A DNA stretch of 64,000 nucleotides from Thalia democratica. Its lineage: Eukaryota. The translations under genes and the position numbers were made by a program. Positions 13,856 through 26,785 of this stretch are shown here, piece after piece (within the stretch, counting starts at the first letter, position 1; each line of letters opens with the position of its first letter). The stretch spans positions 13,330,001-13,394,000 of the forward strand of contig OZ241827.1 of assembly GCA_965202585.1 (NCBI GenBank), given 5' to 3'. Under the pieces are notes generated by a model, which had not been told where the DNA came from, made no database searches, and was given only the letters and a program-made list of their open reading frames with translations.

Positions 13856-13863
13856 TGACGTCA
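13856..13863. promoter_or_regulatory. CRE palindrome TGACGTCA; also 47390-47397, one mismatch at 57388-57395
   Basis: Perfect CRE at the homologous position in copies 1 and 2. Another perfect CRE is at 27305-27312 in NR intron 2. Confidence 0.45.
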
Positions 13864-15369
13864 TCACGCGTCACTACTAAATAATGTATATTTATATTAT
13901 ATCTACTTTTAAACTTAAATATAACCTTTTTTAACAAAAACTATGGAAAATAAAAAGAGTACAACTTGTTAAAGAAGTTTAGGTTTATAAAAATATTCGA
14001 TTATTGAAATAAACTTATAATTTTCAAATATAAAAAGGTAATTAAATATATAGAAAAGCCATACAAAAGACAATACTATAACTTTTTCGCTTATAGAAAA
14101 TGTCGACATAATTCACTTGGGCCACAATTTTGCATATCAGTAAAAAAAGCTCAATCTTTCAAATAAAGTTTCCATATTTCCATTATTGGACCACCGGGTT
14201 GCAACTTCTCTGCAAACTGGATACTCGGGTTCCGTTCTTATTAAAACTAGCCGCATTTTTTAAGTAACCGAAGAAAGCTGCAGTCGTCAACATGCAATCA
14301 GTCATCATAAATATTCAAATGAAGTCGAAACCAGGGTTTCAGTTTACTGAGAGTCTACGGTCTAACTACTCGAAACATATGATCAAACTTGTCAATAAAA
14401 ATACTAATGCAAACTGATCAACAGTTAAAACTAAACTGTTTATTTTGTTAAGTATTTAGTAAAACGAGCATAAAACTATGAGTAATTATAGATGTTATAA
14501 CAAAATTTTCCAAAAGTTGTTAAAGTTTTTCCTGTGTGTAGTGAACTTTACTACCTTTATTTGAATTCTTATATTAGTTTTTGAAACCTAAAATACTTAA
14601 GTTGTGTAACATAGTCTTCATGTTTTACACAAAGCATAACAAGTATTTTGAAAACTCTATGTTTAATAAAATAAATGTCTTTAGATATTTTTTATTTTTA
14701 TTGTTCGAACTTTGTTTTAACTTATAAAACTCAAAGAAATAAACTCCAGTAATTAATATTACAATTTTATTCAGTCACAATAAGTTTTTGAAATTTTAAT
14801 TGGACATAATTTTTCAATATAGAACCAAGTTAATTAATTTTTGTATTTTTTAATGTTTTTAAAGTATAATTGTTTCATTTGTGACCAAATATAATATTTG
14901 AAAATAAATTCGACATACACCAAAATGAGGTAAGATATATATAAAATTGATGATCACTTAAATGTTCAACTTAAATAAGTTTGTGCACGCAAAGTATGCA
15001 CAAGATGCATTAAGACTAATCAACTGAAGTTATATATTATTCTAATAACTTTATTGTTTAAAGTAAACTCTAAAGTCATAAAAAAATAAAGATAAAAGTA
15101 GCTTTACATAAAACCCTAAGTTTAATTAAAAATATTAAATGACTTAACTAATAAAAGTTTATTAAAAAATTACACAGACTATCATTAAAAATGTGAGGTT
15201 ATAGCTTTTTACGTAATTAATTCGATTACATTCTAAAAAACTTAAGATATTTGTGAATGTGGTCGTAATTTAACAGGTATTGAGCTTATTGTCAGTTAAA
15301 ATTTCACATCAAAATATTTTTAAGGCGTCAATAAGTTGGTCAAAAATTTTAATAACTACAAAATAAAAC

Positions 15370-15381
15370 TGACCTTGAACT
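15370..15381 (-). promoter_or_regulatory. DR0 / TCAAGGTCA-type nuclear receptor element (AGTTCA-AGGTCA); also 59087-59098
   Basis: TGACCTTGAACT is identical in copies 1 and 3. Confidence 0.45.
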
Positions 15382-15823
15382 AGGGATAGTTTAGTAAACA
15401 TCAAGTTTCAAAAATAAGAATAATCAAGTTAGTACTAATTTATTTATTTAATTTAAACAAAAAGTGTGAGAAAGTTCTTGTTTAAAAGGTCAACTTTTAT
15501 ATTTATTAAGTTCAGCTAGAGTAATATTTAGTTACATTGTTTTATTTATTTTGTGTTTTATGCGTTTATAACATTTCTATAGTCTAATATTGATATTTAA
15601 CATTAGAGTCGAATTTAAATTTGATTGGATTTCCTTAAAACTTAGATTTAGTAAACAATATTACATAATGAAACACAATTTTATAATATACTTTTTAAAA
15701 TATAAACTTTTTTTTAAGAGTGTTTACCTTTTGTACAAGTAAACTTTCCAAAATGAATATTTTTTATAATTCAGATAAGTTTTATAACAAACTAAAGACT
15801 TTTTTTTATTTTTTTTTTATAGA

Positions 15824-15933
15824 TTATTGAACGACAAAAAACCTGAAATATTTGGTCTTAGGATCTTCTGCATAAAGAACCTCTCGGTTATCGAATTGAA
15901 CACCAAGGATACCTTCTAACGTCTTGTTTAGGA
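15824..15933 (-). CDS. Candidate short terminal exon of the NR gene (VLNKTLEGILGVQFDNREVLYAEDPKTKYFRFFVVQ*)
   Basis: The only non-repeat, non-MITE GC-enriched island I found downstream of exon 3. CAG acceptor at 15936-15934. Open only in phase 1, the phase exon 3 needs. Stop at 15826-15824, AATAAA at 15810-15805 (inside a T/A run, so weak). A plus-strand reading of similar length is also possible. Confidence 0.3.
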
Positions 15934-16156
15934 CTGTTTGGTTGGTTAAAACGCAATTAAATACAGACCAGTTTTGCAAAATACTGTTCCATAAAACTCA
16001 AAAGATTATTTTTGTTTAAAGACTTATTCACTTTACTATGAACTATAAACCTATCAAAAAAACCATAAAAAATGTCGAGTAAAGCAACCTTTTCAGCTAC
16101 TTTTGTGTAATTTTAAGTATAACATTGTTAACAAGGATGCATAATATGTTTTAAAC

Positions 16157-16331
16157 CAGTGCTTCTGAAACTTTTTCTAGTGGCGGAACCCTTTTTCAAA
16201 GTTTAACTTTTCCGCGGAACCCCTAATTTTAATTTTACGTAAAACGTTTAATTAAATAAATGTTCTTTTTTAAATTTCGAAAAGCTTCGCGAAACCCTAA
16301 GGTTCCGCGGAACCCCATTTCAGAAGCACTG
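16157..16331. mobile_element. 175-bp hAT-type MITE
   Basis: Perfect 14-bp TIR CAGTGCTTCTGAAA...TTTCAGAAGCACTG. Perfect 8-bp TSD TTTTAAAC (16149-16156 and 16332-16339). Internal GCGGAACCC repeats and the palindrome GGTTCCGCGGAACC. Confidence 0.95.
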
Positions 16332-19300
16332 TTTTAAACAATATTTAAAAGTAATACTTTCGAAGATTTTAAGTCTTTAATTTGATTATTAGATATAAGT
16401 TTAACTAGTTTATACTTTGTAAATTATTTTCAGTGCTTTTTTGATAAATAACTTTCTTCATACTAACATCTTTAAAATTCTATAACATATTTTTCGTTTT
16501 AAAATAAGTATTTGTTTTATAGTTCAAACCAAAATTTCAAATAAATCTATAAGCTTTATTTAACAGATGAGGGAATATCAGCTTAAATGTAGCATATTTA
16601 ATTAATAATTTTAGACTTTTAGACTAAATTTAAATGATTTTACTGTTTGAAATTCGCACATTCTTAAATTACGGAAAAAAAACCAACTTTTGTTTAAATA
16701 AGAGATATAACGTTTTTATCACATATACCTTTCAAAAACAGTTTAGGAACTTTAAGTTTAAAGTAAAAACTATTTTCAGTATAAGATTTAGCCATAAAAG
16801 CAAACAATAAAGTTTTTTTTTTCCTGTAATTTAAATAAGCTTAAATTTAGACTTTAACAGTAAAAACTTTTATTACTTTGAATATTTAGCAATAAGCTAA
16901 AGATTTAGTAAAAAAACTAGCAACCATTTCTGTAAATGAAATTAAATTAGTTGTATTTTAATATTTAAGAAAAACGTCAGTTTTTTCATATCTACAAAAT
17001 AAATCATATGAAGTTTTATAATATCAAGACTTATTAACAATATAAACTTTTTAAATGTCAAGCTATATAGAAAATTAATATGAAAATTTTATTTCATCAG
17101 TTACATATATAAAAATTAAGTTTTAATTAAAATCATATTAATAGTTTTGGTAGTTCTTAGAATAGAAGAGAAAGAAAGCATATCTAATTGTTTTTTAATA
17201 AACTAACTTGTATAAGAAATTATGTAAAAATTTATTAAACTTTTAAAGAAGATTTTTTTTTGTTTTACTAAAATCTCTAACTCACGAAGCTTTTTTCAAG
17301 CTTAGAGCATGTTTTTTCAAAAGTTTGTATTGAACTAAAAAATACTGAATTTAAACACAAATAATTTCTATTCATACTGATATAGGTATCATCGCACACT
17401 TGTAATCTCAAAAAAAAAAGTTAAAACGTTCTATTTCTAAACTGAAATTATTTTACATTACAAAAATTAAATATAAATTAGCTTATAATCGTAATTTAAT
17501 GATGATGTAAGATATGCCTTAATACTGATAACAAGACATTATCTTGGAAACTTGTTAATTAGAAACTAATTCTGATTTACTTTTATAAAAACGAGATAAT
17601 TTAATTTCAAATTTAAGCGTTTAACCCTTTACAATGAAAACATTTTTTTTTGTATCTTGATTAAAATAATTTCATGAGTTTTATGTCAACTTAATAAAAG
17701 ATAGGTATTTTTACTATAATTATCACACGATACAGTGACTTTAATATAGCTACAAGACTTATGTGTATAACCAGTTTACAACTTATCTCTAAACTATCAT
17801 GAAATAATTTTAAACTTTAATTTAAATATTAAAATAACAAGTTTTACTACATAAAACACAAGTTGTTCACAATTAAAATTTTATAGATAATTTTTTTAAC
17901 TGTTTTTTGGCAATTTAGTAACTCTGGTTTTTATTAATTGTTTAATTTTACATAATTTTTGCTATAATGGACTAGAATAAATTACTAAATTTTTAGAGAT
18001 TTGAGATATTTTAAAATTCTATTATCAAGAAGAAAAGTCATTTAAAAAACGACACATGTAGAAAATACAAATACCATTTCTAAAATAATAAACTAAACAT
18101 GGATGCATTATGTTTTATATGAAACTAATATTTTACAGGCGCTTGGTATTGAAAACAAAGTATAATCTAAAGTCTAAACCATTTTAAAAACTATAGTTGA
18201 TTATCCATAAAAATTATTGTAGTATAAATGTTTCCGTTTATTTTTTCATTGTAAAGTTTAGTACATAACGCAATAAATTTATAGCTCTGTTTATTTATAA
18301 GGTAACGACAAACAACTATTTGTGGCTGCTACAATTGAAAGTGAAGTTTACTAAGTTATTTACCTGAATCTTTTATTCAATTGTACTTGAATTTTGTACA
18401 TAATAATCAAAGTCCTGTAAAACATCTGATTAAGTAAAACTAGTTTAATTGATATTTTTTATTTGTTTTTAAGTTTACATATTTTTTGTTAAAAATGTGT
18501 ACTAGTTGAAATAAAAATAGTTGCTTTAAACTAGTTTAAATAAACTTTTGTTTTTGCAGATTAATCATAGACTTTTGATAAATTACTTTTTTAATATTAT
18601 ATTCACTAAAAAAAGAATTCTAAAAAATTCATTATAACAACAGGTTTACATTGTTTTAATATGTTTTTAAAAGACATGAACGTATTACTTTTAGTATTTA
18701 AATCAAATTAAAGTCTAATTAGCAGTTATTAAAATGTAACTAGTCAACAATAAAACCACGATAAATCGATATTTAATGGTTTTGGTACAGCTTATTTAGA
18801 AAATATTTAACAAAACTTTTAACAAAATATACTGTCTTTTAAACGTATTCTTATGTTTTAAAACAAATATTATAGTTTAAATTTATAAACTAGCTGTAGA
18901 AGAAGTTAGGTCATAAAATTATGTTTGTTGTAATGTAATGGTTTAACTTAATTTCAAAATTTTAATAAGAAGACTTAGAAATCAAAATTTTTCTGTTCAC
19001 ACTGTTTTAACACAAATAAAGATTGTGTAATACTTTATTATAGATAGAAGTGTTGAGAGCATTAATTACTCTTAAAGTATTCAAATTCTTAACTGTAGAC
19101 TAACGTTCAAAATCCAAAACCAAACAAAATTAAATAAAAATAGTTGTTATAGTAAAAGCTTCTACAACTATTTAATGTAGTTAAAACTGTTTATGATTTT
19201 TAAAACTTAATAATTTAAACATGTTTTTAGTGAACATTAGTTTTTAATTAGGTAATACATAGTTATTTTAAAATACTTTCAAAAATATGGTAATTTTAAG

Positions 19301-22300
19301 ATAAATTTTTGTTGTAACTAGAAAATTATTTAAGTCGTAACAATTTTAATAAGTACTATTTAGTATAGTATAATTTTCTCGTTAATTAAATGGCGAATAT
19401 TTATATAAAAGGACTTAAATCAACTTTTAGACAAATATAATTTAAAAAATACTAGCTGATAAAATAGTTTTCGTAGTATACACTTTATACATACTTATTT
19501 ACTTTGAAGTTTTTAATTATGTTTTATTTTGTAGAAAATATGTATACTAAATTAAAAATCAGAGACACTTAGGCAACTAAATATAATTTTAATTTATATT
19601 TAGAGTTTTAGTATGGTTTACAAGTATGTCATAACATTTAAAAAAAAAACGTGGAGAATTATTAAAATGAATTTACTTTATGTTTTATACATGATGAAAA
19701 TACGGTTTTTAATATTCAACTTATTTTGTTGTTTCCACTAAGAACTAAGTATCAATTAAATTAGTTTGGCATAGAACTAATTTTTGTATTTAAAACAAAT
19801 ATGCACATAATTTCAATCTTTAATTTTGTATCTATATATTTTGAGATAGAAGATTCTTTTACAAAAAAAAAAGTTGTCAGTAAAAATATAGTATTTTTGT
19901 TTAAAACACATATATTTGTAACAAAAAATACCCAAAATTATTAAGTTATACGGATTTATATACCCTATGAATTTCAAAATTAACAATCAATCACAAAACA
20001 TTTAATTTTTTTTTTTCACATGTTTGTATTATTATCTAAAAAGTAACGGAAAAACTGCCCAATTAAAAAAAAAATAAAATAAGTAAAAAAGTAAAAAAAT
20101 ACTTTAAGTTTAGTTTAAAATAACTTAAAGTTTTGGTTTTTACTTATTATTGAACACCTAATTAAAATTTTCTCCAAAAAGTAATGTTTTTTACTAGTCT
20201 TAGTACGTTATTTTAAGAAATGACTTCACAGTGTTTTAAAGTATTTATAAACACATATCACTTTAAGTAATTAATTCTAAGTAAAGAGGAAGATAAAGTC
20301 CCTGAATTAGCGGTGATTAGATTGTAACTAGTCATACTTTAAGCATGATAAATTGATAATTAATGGTTTAATTCAGTTTATTTTGAAAATATTTTAATCT
20401 ATGTACATTTCATAAATCACAATAACACGTAAACTAGCTTGACTGTTGACATGACAAAAACTAACTTTGAAAAATATTTTAGATACATCATGATATTTTA
20501 GATAACTGTGATACGGTTTAAAACGTTTAAAGCAATTACTAAAACTTATGATAAGTATTCGTTTTCTACAAATAAAAGTTTAATATCTGGATGTTTTTCG
20601 TTTTAATGAAACACTTTTTAATTAGTTAATAAAATGAAGCAATACACAAACTCAGCCAGATTTTAAATAATAAATAAAAGTAAATACTGACACTAAATTT
20701 GAAGACAATTAAGTTTTTCAGAAACCAATATAAGAAAAGATTAATTGATTAAAAATTCCTTTAACTTCAGCTGTAAATTTTCGAAATAATGTTTAAAGAG
20801 TTTATTAAGTTCAAAACTTTACATTGGCTGTAAATGTATGTTTCACTGTAAACATTTAGTTTTCTAAAATTGATGTTTTATATTTTAGATTTGACAGTGG
20901 TAAAGGTGTAGATGTATAAATAAATTCTTTTACAAGTTATTTTTTTTATTTTTTGAAGTAAAAATGCTTAAACTTAGTTTATAAACTATTAATATATAGT
21001 TATACACATAATTAAGATAATTTATTAAAGCTGCTGTTGATTCATTTAGAAAAAATTATAATTTTTTTTCTTAACTAAAATGTTTATTTTAGTAAATTTA
21101 CAGTGATCAAGTATTTATTTGTAGTCAACAATATTTTTACTTACCAGTAAAGTTTCTGAATACTTTAATGTATTATATCCTTTTAAAAAGTGTTTATTAT
21201 TAAAAATAAAAATCATTTTCAGGTAACTTACATAAAACATAAGGATTGTAATAATTCAAATTTAGCTTCTTACGACTATTCACAACACTCTAGTTCTACA
21301 TGTGCGTTTTATTTTCTCATAATAAACCACATCAAAAAATTAATCTTGCTGCACTATTAACTTTATAATTTTGCAAAAGCAAAGAAATTCTAACATAAAA
21401 TTGTTTTCACTAAACAAATTTCTGTAAGATTTTTTTCTAAATATCAATAGCTAATAACGTTATTTTAGTGTTATGATTATACAAATCATTATGTTAGTGC
21501 AATAGTTATTTTGTAAACACATTTTATTTTTTAGTTTACGTCTTATTTAAATATTGTACAACCTTTCCTTCTTTTGTGAAAATTTAATCTTTTAAACACT
21601 AAGTATTTCGCTTTAAATATTATAAACTTATATATTTTGCGTACGATGAACTATTTTTGGATTAAACTCAAATAAATGTTTGAAAACTAGTTAATAAAAA
21701 CATTAAAGTAAAATTTGTGGATAATAAACTTGCACAAACTCTCAACAGATAAATTTTAACTATTTTTTTTTTTAAGTTGTTTACTTAATTTTGTATTTAA
21801 ATATTTAAACATTTACTTATGTCTTCTAACACATCTAGAACAATGTAAAAACTTAGCGGTTTTCATTTACGTCGAAATTTATCTCAGTTATTTTTATTAC
21901 TGTAAATTTTTAGTTTTGTTAATAGCAGTTCTGATAAACACTAAAGTTTTAACTGTGTCTGTTTAAGCTTTATTCATATGGTCAACATTTCAATAGAAAA
22001 TAACTTTTTATCAGAATGTTTTTAGATATGAGGTAGTGGTAAAAGATTTGATGTTTACATTGAATACAATTTTTTTAGTTTTTCTAAGTAAAAATTTTTC
22101 ATTTACAGAATTTTTAAAACTAATTGATACGAATCTTGCTTAATTTATTTTAAAAAATTAGTTGGTGTGTCGGAGCGTTTAATTTATTTCCGTTTAGTTG
22201 TTTATCAAATATTTTTTATCATTTTTCTATGTAAATTACGCAGTAATCGGCGTTTTATGGTTTGATGTTTAGGAAACTCTATATAGAAGTTTTAAAGTTC

Positions 22301-25300
22301 TTTCTGAGAGCCTAAGCTGTGTATGTCGATAGATAAACAATACTTTAGGTATTTGAATAATAATTTGCTACTTACTAAAACAACACTGGGTTTCAAGAAT
22401 GTTTAGAAATAAAATGTAAAATATATCCTTCGGTAATGCAAAAGTTTAATCTGCAGTTTGTTTTTTTGGTTTGATGGTTCTTATTTTCAATCATTTACAG
22501 TTTTCAGATTTTTTTTTTGCATAACTGACAAACATTTTTAAACTGTATTGGTCTTTTGTTTTTTTTTTTGCATTATTCAATGATGTCGTTTTAATCGTAA
22601 ATTGGGACCTTATTTTTCAAGAGAATAATTATAAACGTAGAGTATATTATTTTAACTTCATTTTCCTAGCTAAACAAATACTTTTAATATTAAACTCAAT
22701 AAGATTTAAAAGTAAGAAACCATAAGAATAAGAAGTTCAGAAACAACCGTTTATTTATACTACCACAGTTTTACTGCTAAGCAGCTAACGACTTTATATA
22801 TAAAAAGATAGGAAGATAGTTATAGGTAATTAGTAACTTTTTGAAAATTATTTATAAGTATTAGTAGTTCTTGGCACACAAATTTAACTTAAATACAACA
22901 AAGTTAAGCATTTACGACAAATTAAAATAACTTAAATTAAAAGGACGAGTCAAAAAGTATACAATAAATAACATTAAAAGTAGCACGATCTGAAGTTAGG
23001 GCACAGGGCATAATTAAGTATGAAACCATATTATTTTCGATTCTCTATTAGCAATAACTCAAATTGTAGCAACTCTAGCTACAGTTATGCAATTTTTCTT
23101 GAAAAAATTACAAAAAAAAATATTAACTAATTTTAGTTTAAGTTTTTGTTATTTTATTTTAATTTAATTTTTTTAAATATTTAATTTAAGTTAACTTTTT
23201 TGATATATTTACTAGTAAATTATGACTTAGACTCTTATACTGATAAAGAAAACTAATTTTGATTAGTTTTTTATTATAATTAAGTGTTTACTACTGTAAT
23301 TACTGTTTAAATATTTAATTAAACTAAATAAGTAATAATAATGGTTTCACGCTTTTTGTGTGGTTTTTGATATTATTAAATTGAGTTTATTCAGTTTGCG
23401 GGTGGTTGACTTAAAGGTATTGATTTTTTATTCTATCTTAACTTCGTGATAAGATTTTAATCTACTTTTTATTATTGATTTCATAGACTGCTTGGTTTTA
23501 GTTTTAATACGATTAAATCATTTGTTGGTCAATAGTGCGAATTACAAAACTAAATGTTTTTATAGAAACTTTATTTAAAGTGCGCATTTTATTTTATTTC
23601 ATATGGTAATTTAAACTTTTTTAGGTAAAAATGACGTGATTAAATTTTTCTCCATAAAACGCTGCTAACCCCTGTTTTATAGATTGAACTAAATGTTTTA
23701 GACGATCTTGGTTTTGCTTAAAGCACTTAATAAGTTTTAAACACCTAATTTATTGACTAATATTCGTTAAGTTATTTTAAATGTAAACTGATGTTTTATT
23801 TTAAGAATTGTAAAATAAAGCTAAATTTTAGCTACAGTAGCCTACCGAATAGGAACGAACTTCCAGTAAGGTACGCACTTTTTAACCGAAAAACACTGTT
23901 TTTAAAATGCTATTTTTTTCACCTTGAAATTTTGAAAACAACCCTAGAATTACTGATACAGAATTATTTTACTACAACATAAACTATACTTTATTAAATT
24001 TATATATATCAAAACTAAAATAACAAGAAAAAAAGTATGGACTTTAAATTTGTATATCAATTCCAATATTCAAAACAAAAATATTACAGCGTATTTATTT
24101 AACGAGAGTACGAATAGTGCAATTAAATTTTCATACTCTATGATTAAAAAATAGGAATAAAAATTAAATAAACTAAAATAATGAACAGTGCAATTAACAT
24201 TTACATATCCATTGATTGAAACATAGCTGTATAAAGTTTATTAAAATAAAACCTAAAATAATATTTAGATAAACAAAGACAATGAGCAGTGTAATTTGAA
24301 AGTTCATACCCATGATTTCCACATAAATGTAAAGAACGTATATAAAAGCGAAATTAACGAAAAATAAAAACATTGCCATTGGAATTTTTTGTAACTAATG
24401 ATTAAAAAAAAAAAGTTACTAAAAGCTTCAAAAATTGTTACTTAATAAATAAATAAACAAATAAGTGTCTTAGTATAAGTTTTTGTGGTAGTTAAATATG
24501 AAAACCCTATTTTTGCAATTTAAATTTTTAACAGAGTACTAGTACTTTGATAATATTGTTATAATATTTTACCTGCATTTACAAAAGTGCATTATTGAAG
24601 ATAAAAAACAATTAAATTTTCATACTAAATCATTATAACTGAGGTAGAAACACACAAAACTAAATGCTGGATATGTTTTCAAATATTGAGGCTTTGGACA
24701 AAAGCAATAGCTTCATGAAACATTACTACCAGTAAGATTTGCATACAGCAGTAAGAACGGTAACTTTGTGTACTTTTGAATAAATATTGAGGCTGTGTAG
24801 ATAATCTATTGTTGAAGATTATTTGATTATTTCCCTTTGGTACGCACAGCTGTTAAAATATTAAGTATTTAATGTTATACATAAAGTAAAAATTTAAAAA
24901 ATAAACTAAGGCTGTTGAAAACTTAAATCGCTTGATAGTTTATGTAAAAAAAGTTTTGTTTTGTTTTCCTTCGGTACGGACAGCTGTAAAAATATAGTTT
25001 TTTTTTTTTAAGTTTTACAGAAAGCTGTTACTTAAAACTAAATGAACAATAATACTTAAAAAATAAAAGCAGGTTGTTAAAATAAAGTAATATATGTTAG
25101 TTTTTATTTATTTTTTTGTAGTTTAGTACGAGGTTAATCAACTTCAGAAGTATTACCAATAGTTGAAAAAACAAATTTTGGTAATATATATGTTTTTTTA
25201 ATTTATACACACTTTTTTGTAGTTTTTTGCAAAGTTAATCAGTTTTAGAAGTTTGTGTACTCGTAGCTGAGGGCTTAACATGCTAAACATACAAGAACTA

Positions 25301-26557
25301 CAAGGTTCAAGAATATCAAGTCCAAAGTTTAACAATCAAAATCTAATGTACGTGTCTTAAAAGTTTTGTTTCAAAATGAATTTTGCTTAGAACAGCTGCT
25401 TATATACGATCAAAGGTTATAAATTTTGTCCTGCTAAAATTTTTGGTGTTATAAATACTTTATGCTGTCAATCATATTGGTTTTAGTTTTTAGCTTTTGT
25501 TGAACGTGCTTTGCTTTAAGTTTCATATTAATGAAAAATAAAAGTTATAAATTACTTTAGCATATGGTGCATTAATTTAAAAATTAGACTGTTCATAATA
25601 CATGTATTAAATATTAAACGGCTACGTATTATTTTATATAAGTATGATTGTTTTTTGTAAGTATCATACAAAATTATTACAGATTAATAGCCTAACAACG
25701 CTTACTTTTACTTTATTTTTTAGTTAGTCCACAATAGCCTTGAAGGTTTTAGATATATATAAAGAAAACCAAAGTCTTTCTTTCTTAAACATATGTTTTA
25801 TTTTTTATTGCATTCAAAATTTTATTATAAATTGTCACTAATACCTTTGTAGTAAAACAATAAGTTTATGTAACAAACATACTTTTTGTAATATATAATG
25901 ATTGTTTTATGTTTACAACTAAATCTTTTTTTTAAAGTTCACTTAAGTTTGGAACGAATTGTTTATGTTAAGTTCTAAAATTAAAAAATTAAAAATTGAA
26001 ATAGTAAAAACTTGCTTTTTTGGTTTGTAAAAACTCTACTAAACGAACTTAAAAAAATTTACTTTTTTTTTTTCAAACCGCTGTACCACTTTGTTCTTAA
26101 TAAAACAATCAAACCACATCAGATAAATAACAAAGCATACTAAATAATTATCTCAAAAAAATATCTTTATTATTTTTCAAAACAATTATAATTGCTGTAA
26201 AAACATATAACTTATTGATGTTTGTTTAACACTTTGCCATAAAATAAATTCTAAAAAAAACAACTTGTATTTAAGATATATATAATATAGTATTCTTTGT
26301 CTAAATACCTTTAGTGCAATGTTTGTTTTGCGCTCAGTTCTTATATCTAACATAAATATTATTTTGAAAAATTTATATCACATATATTAATTTCTTTGAA
26401 AACAAGTTTTTATAATGATGTTTAGTTATCAAAATTGTAATTAATTATGACAAAGAAATTGAAATTTATAAAAGGTTTATTTAAAAACTAAACGGTCCCT
26501 GATATGTGATAAACAAGTTTAAGAAAATATAGCAGAATAGTTAATAGAATTTCAAAC

Positions 26558-26785
26558 AACAAACCTGATTAAATAATTCTCACCCTGGTAAACTTATGAT
26601 ACATGATTACATATACGCATATATATATAAGTGAATATTCTGGATAAATACAAACAAACATAATTTAAACATTCCCACCCTTATACACTTTGATAAACTT
26701 ATAAAATTGTATATTGTTTGTATATTATATATCTATAAACAAACCTGATTTAACCATTCCGACCCTGATACACTTCTGATACCTG
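26558..26785 (-). repeat. Degenerate tandem copies of the exon 3 3' end and donor
   Basis: 26558-26605 matches 26738-26785 at 39/48 ungapped. 26653-26690 matches 26738-26775 at 33/38. Confidence 0.88.

Larger units (their letters stand above)
1..15620 (+). repeat. Large non-coding segmental repeat, copy 1 (continues past the window's left edge)
   Basis: Colinear direct-orientation matches to copy 2: 17~35284, 360~35591, 1330~36928, 2720~38054, 14200~47705. Also to copy 3: 4060~48541, 15370~59087. About 70-80% identity by eye, with many indels. Right boundary is fuzzy (15390-15620). Confidence 0.92.

Noticed and set aside
15485-15492. NBRE AAAGGTCA as an NR4A autoregulatory site
   Set aside because: Single 8-mer, not retained in the homologous copy 3 region, and plausible by chance.
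1-15620. The 15-kb repeated unit as a giant transposon or as hidden LBD exons
   Set aside because: No TIRs, LTRs, TSDs or transposase/RT found. The conserved islands I tested carry non-triplet indels and stops, so they are not LBD exons.
15823-15920. Plus-strand exon reading LLNDKKPEIFGLRIFCIKNLSVIELNTKDTF* after a strong polypyrimidine AG
   Set aside because: No partner plus-strand exons found. Kept only as an alternative to the minus-strand candidate exon; not excluded.
24194-24379. Hydrophobic 61-aa ORF resembling a membrane peptide
   Set aside because: F/I/L/Y-rich composition is what T-rich non-coding DNA yields. No splice or expression support. The same applies to the other 60-90-aa ORFs in AT-rich regions.
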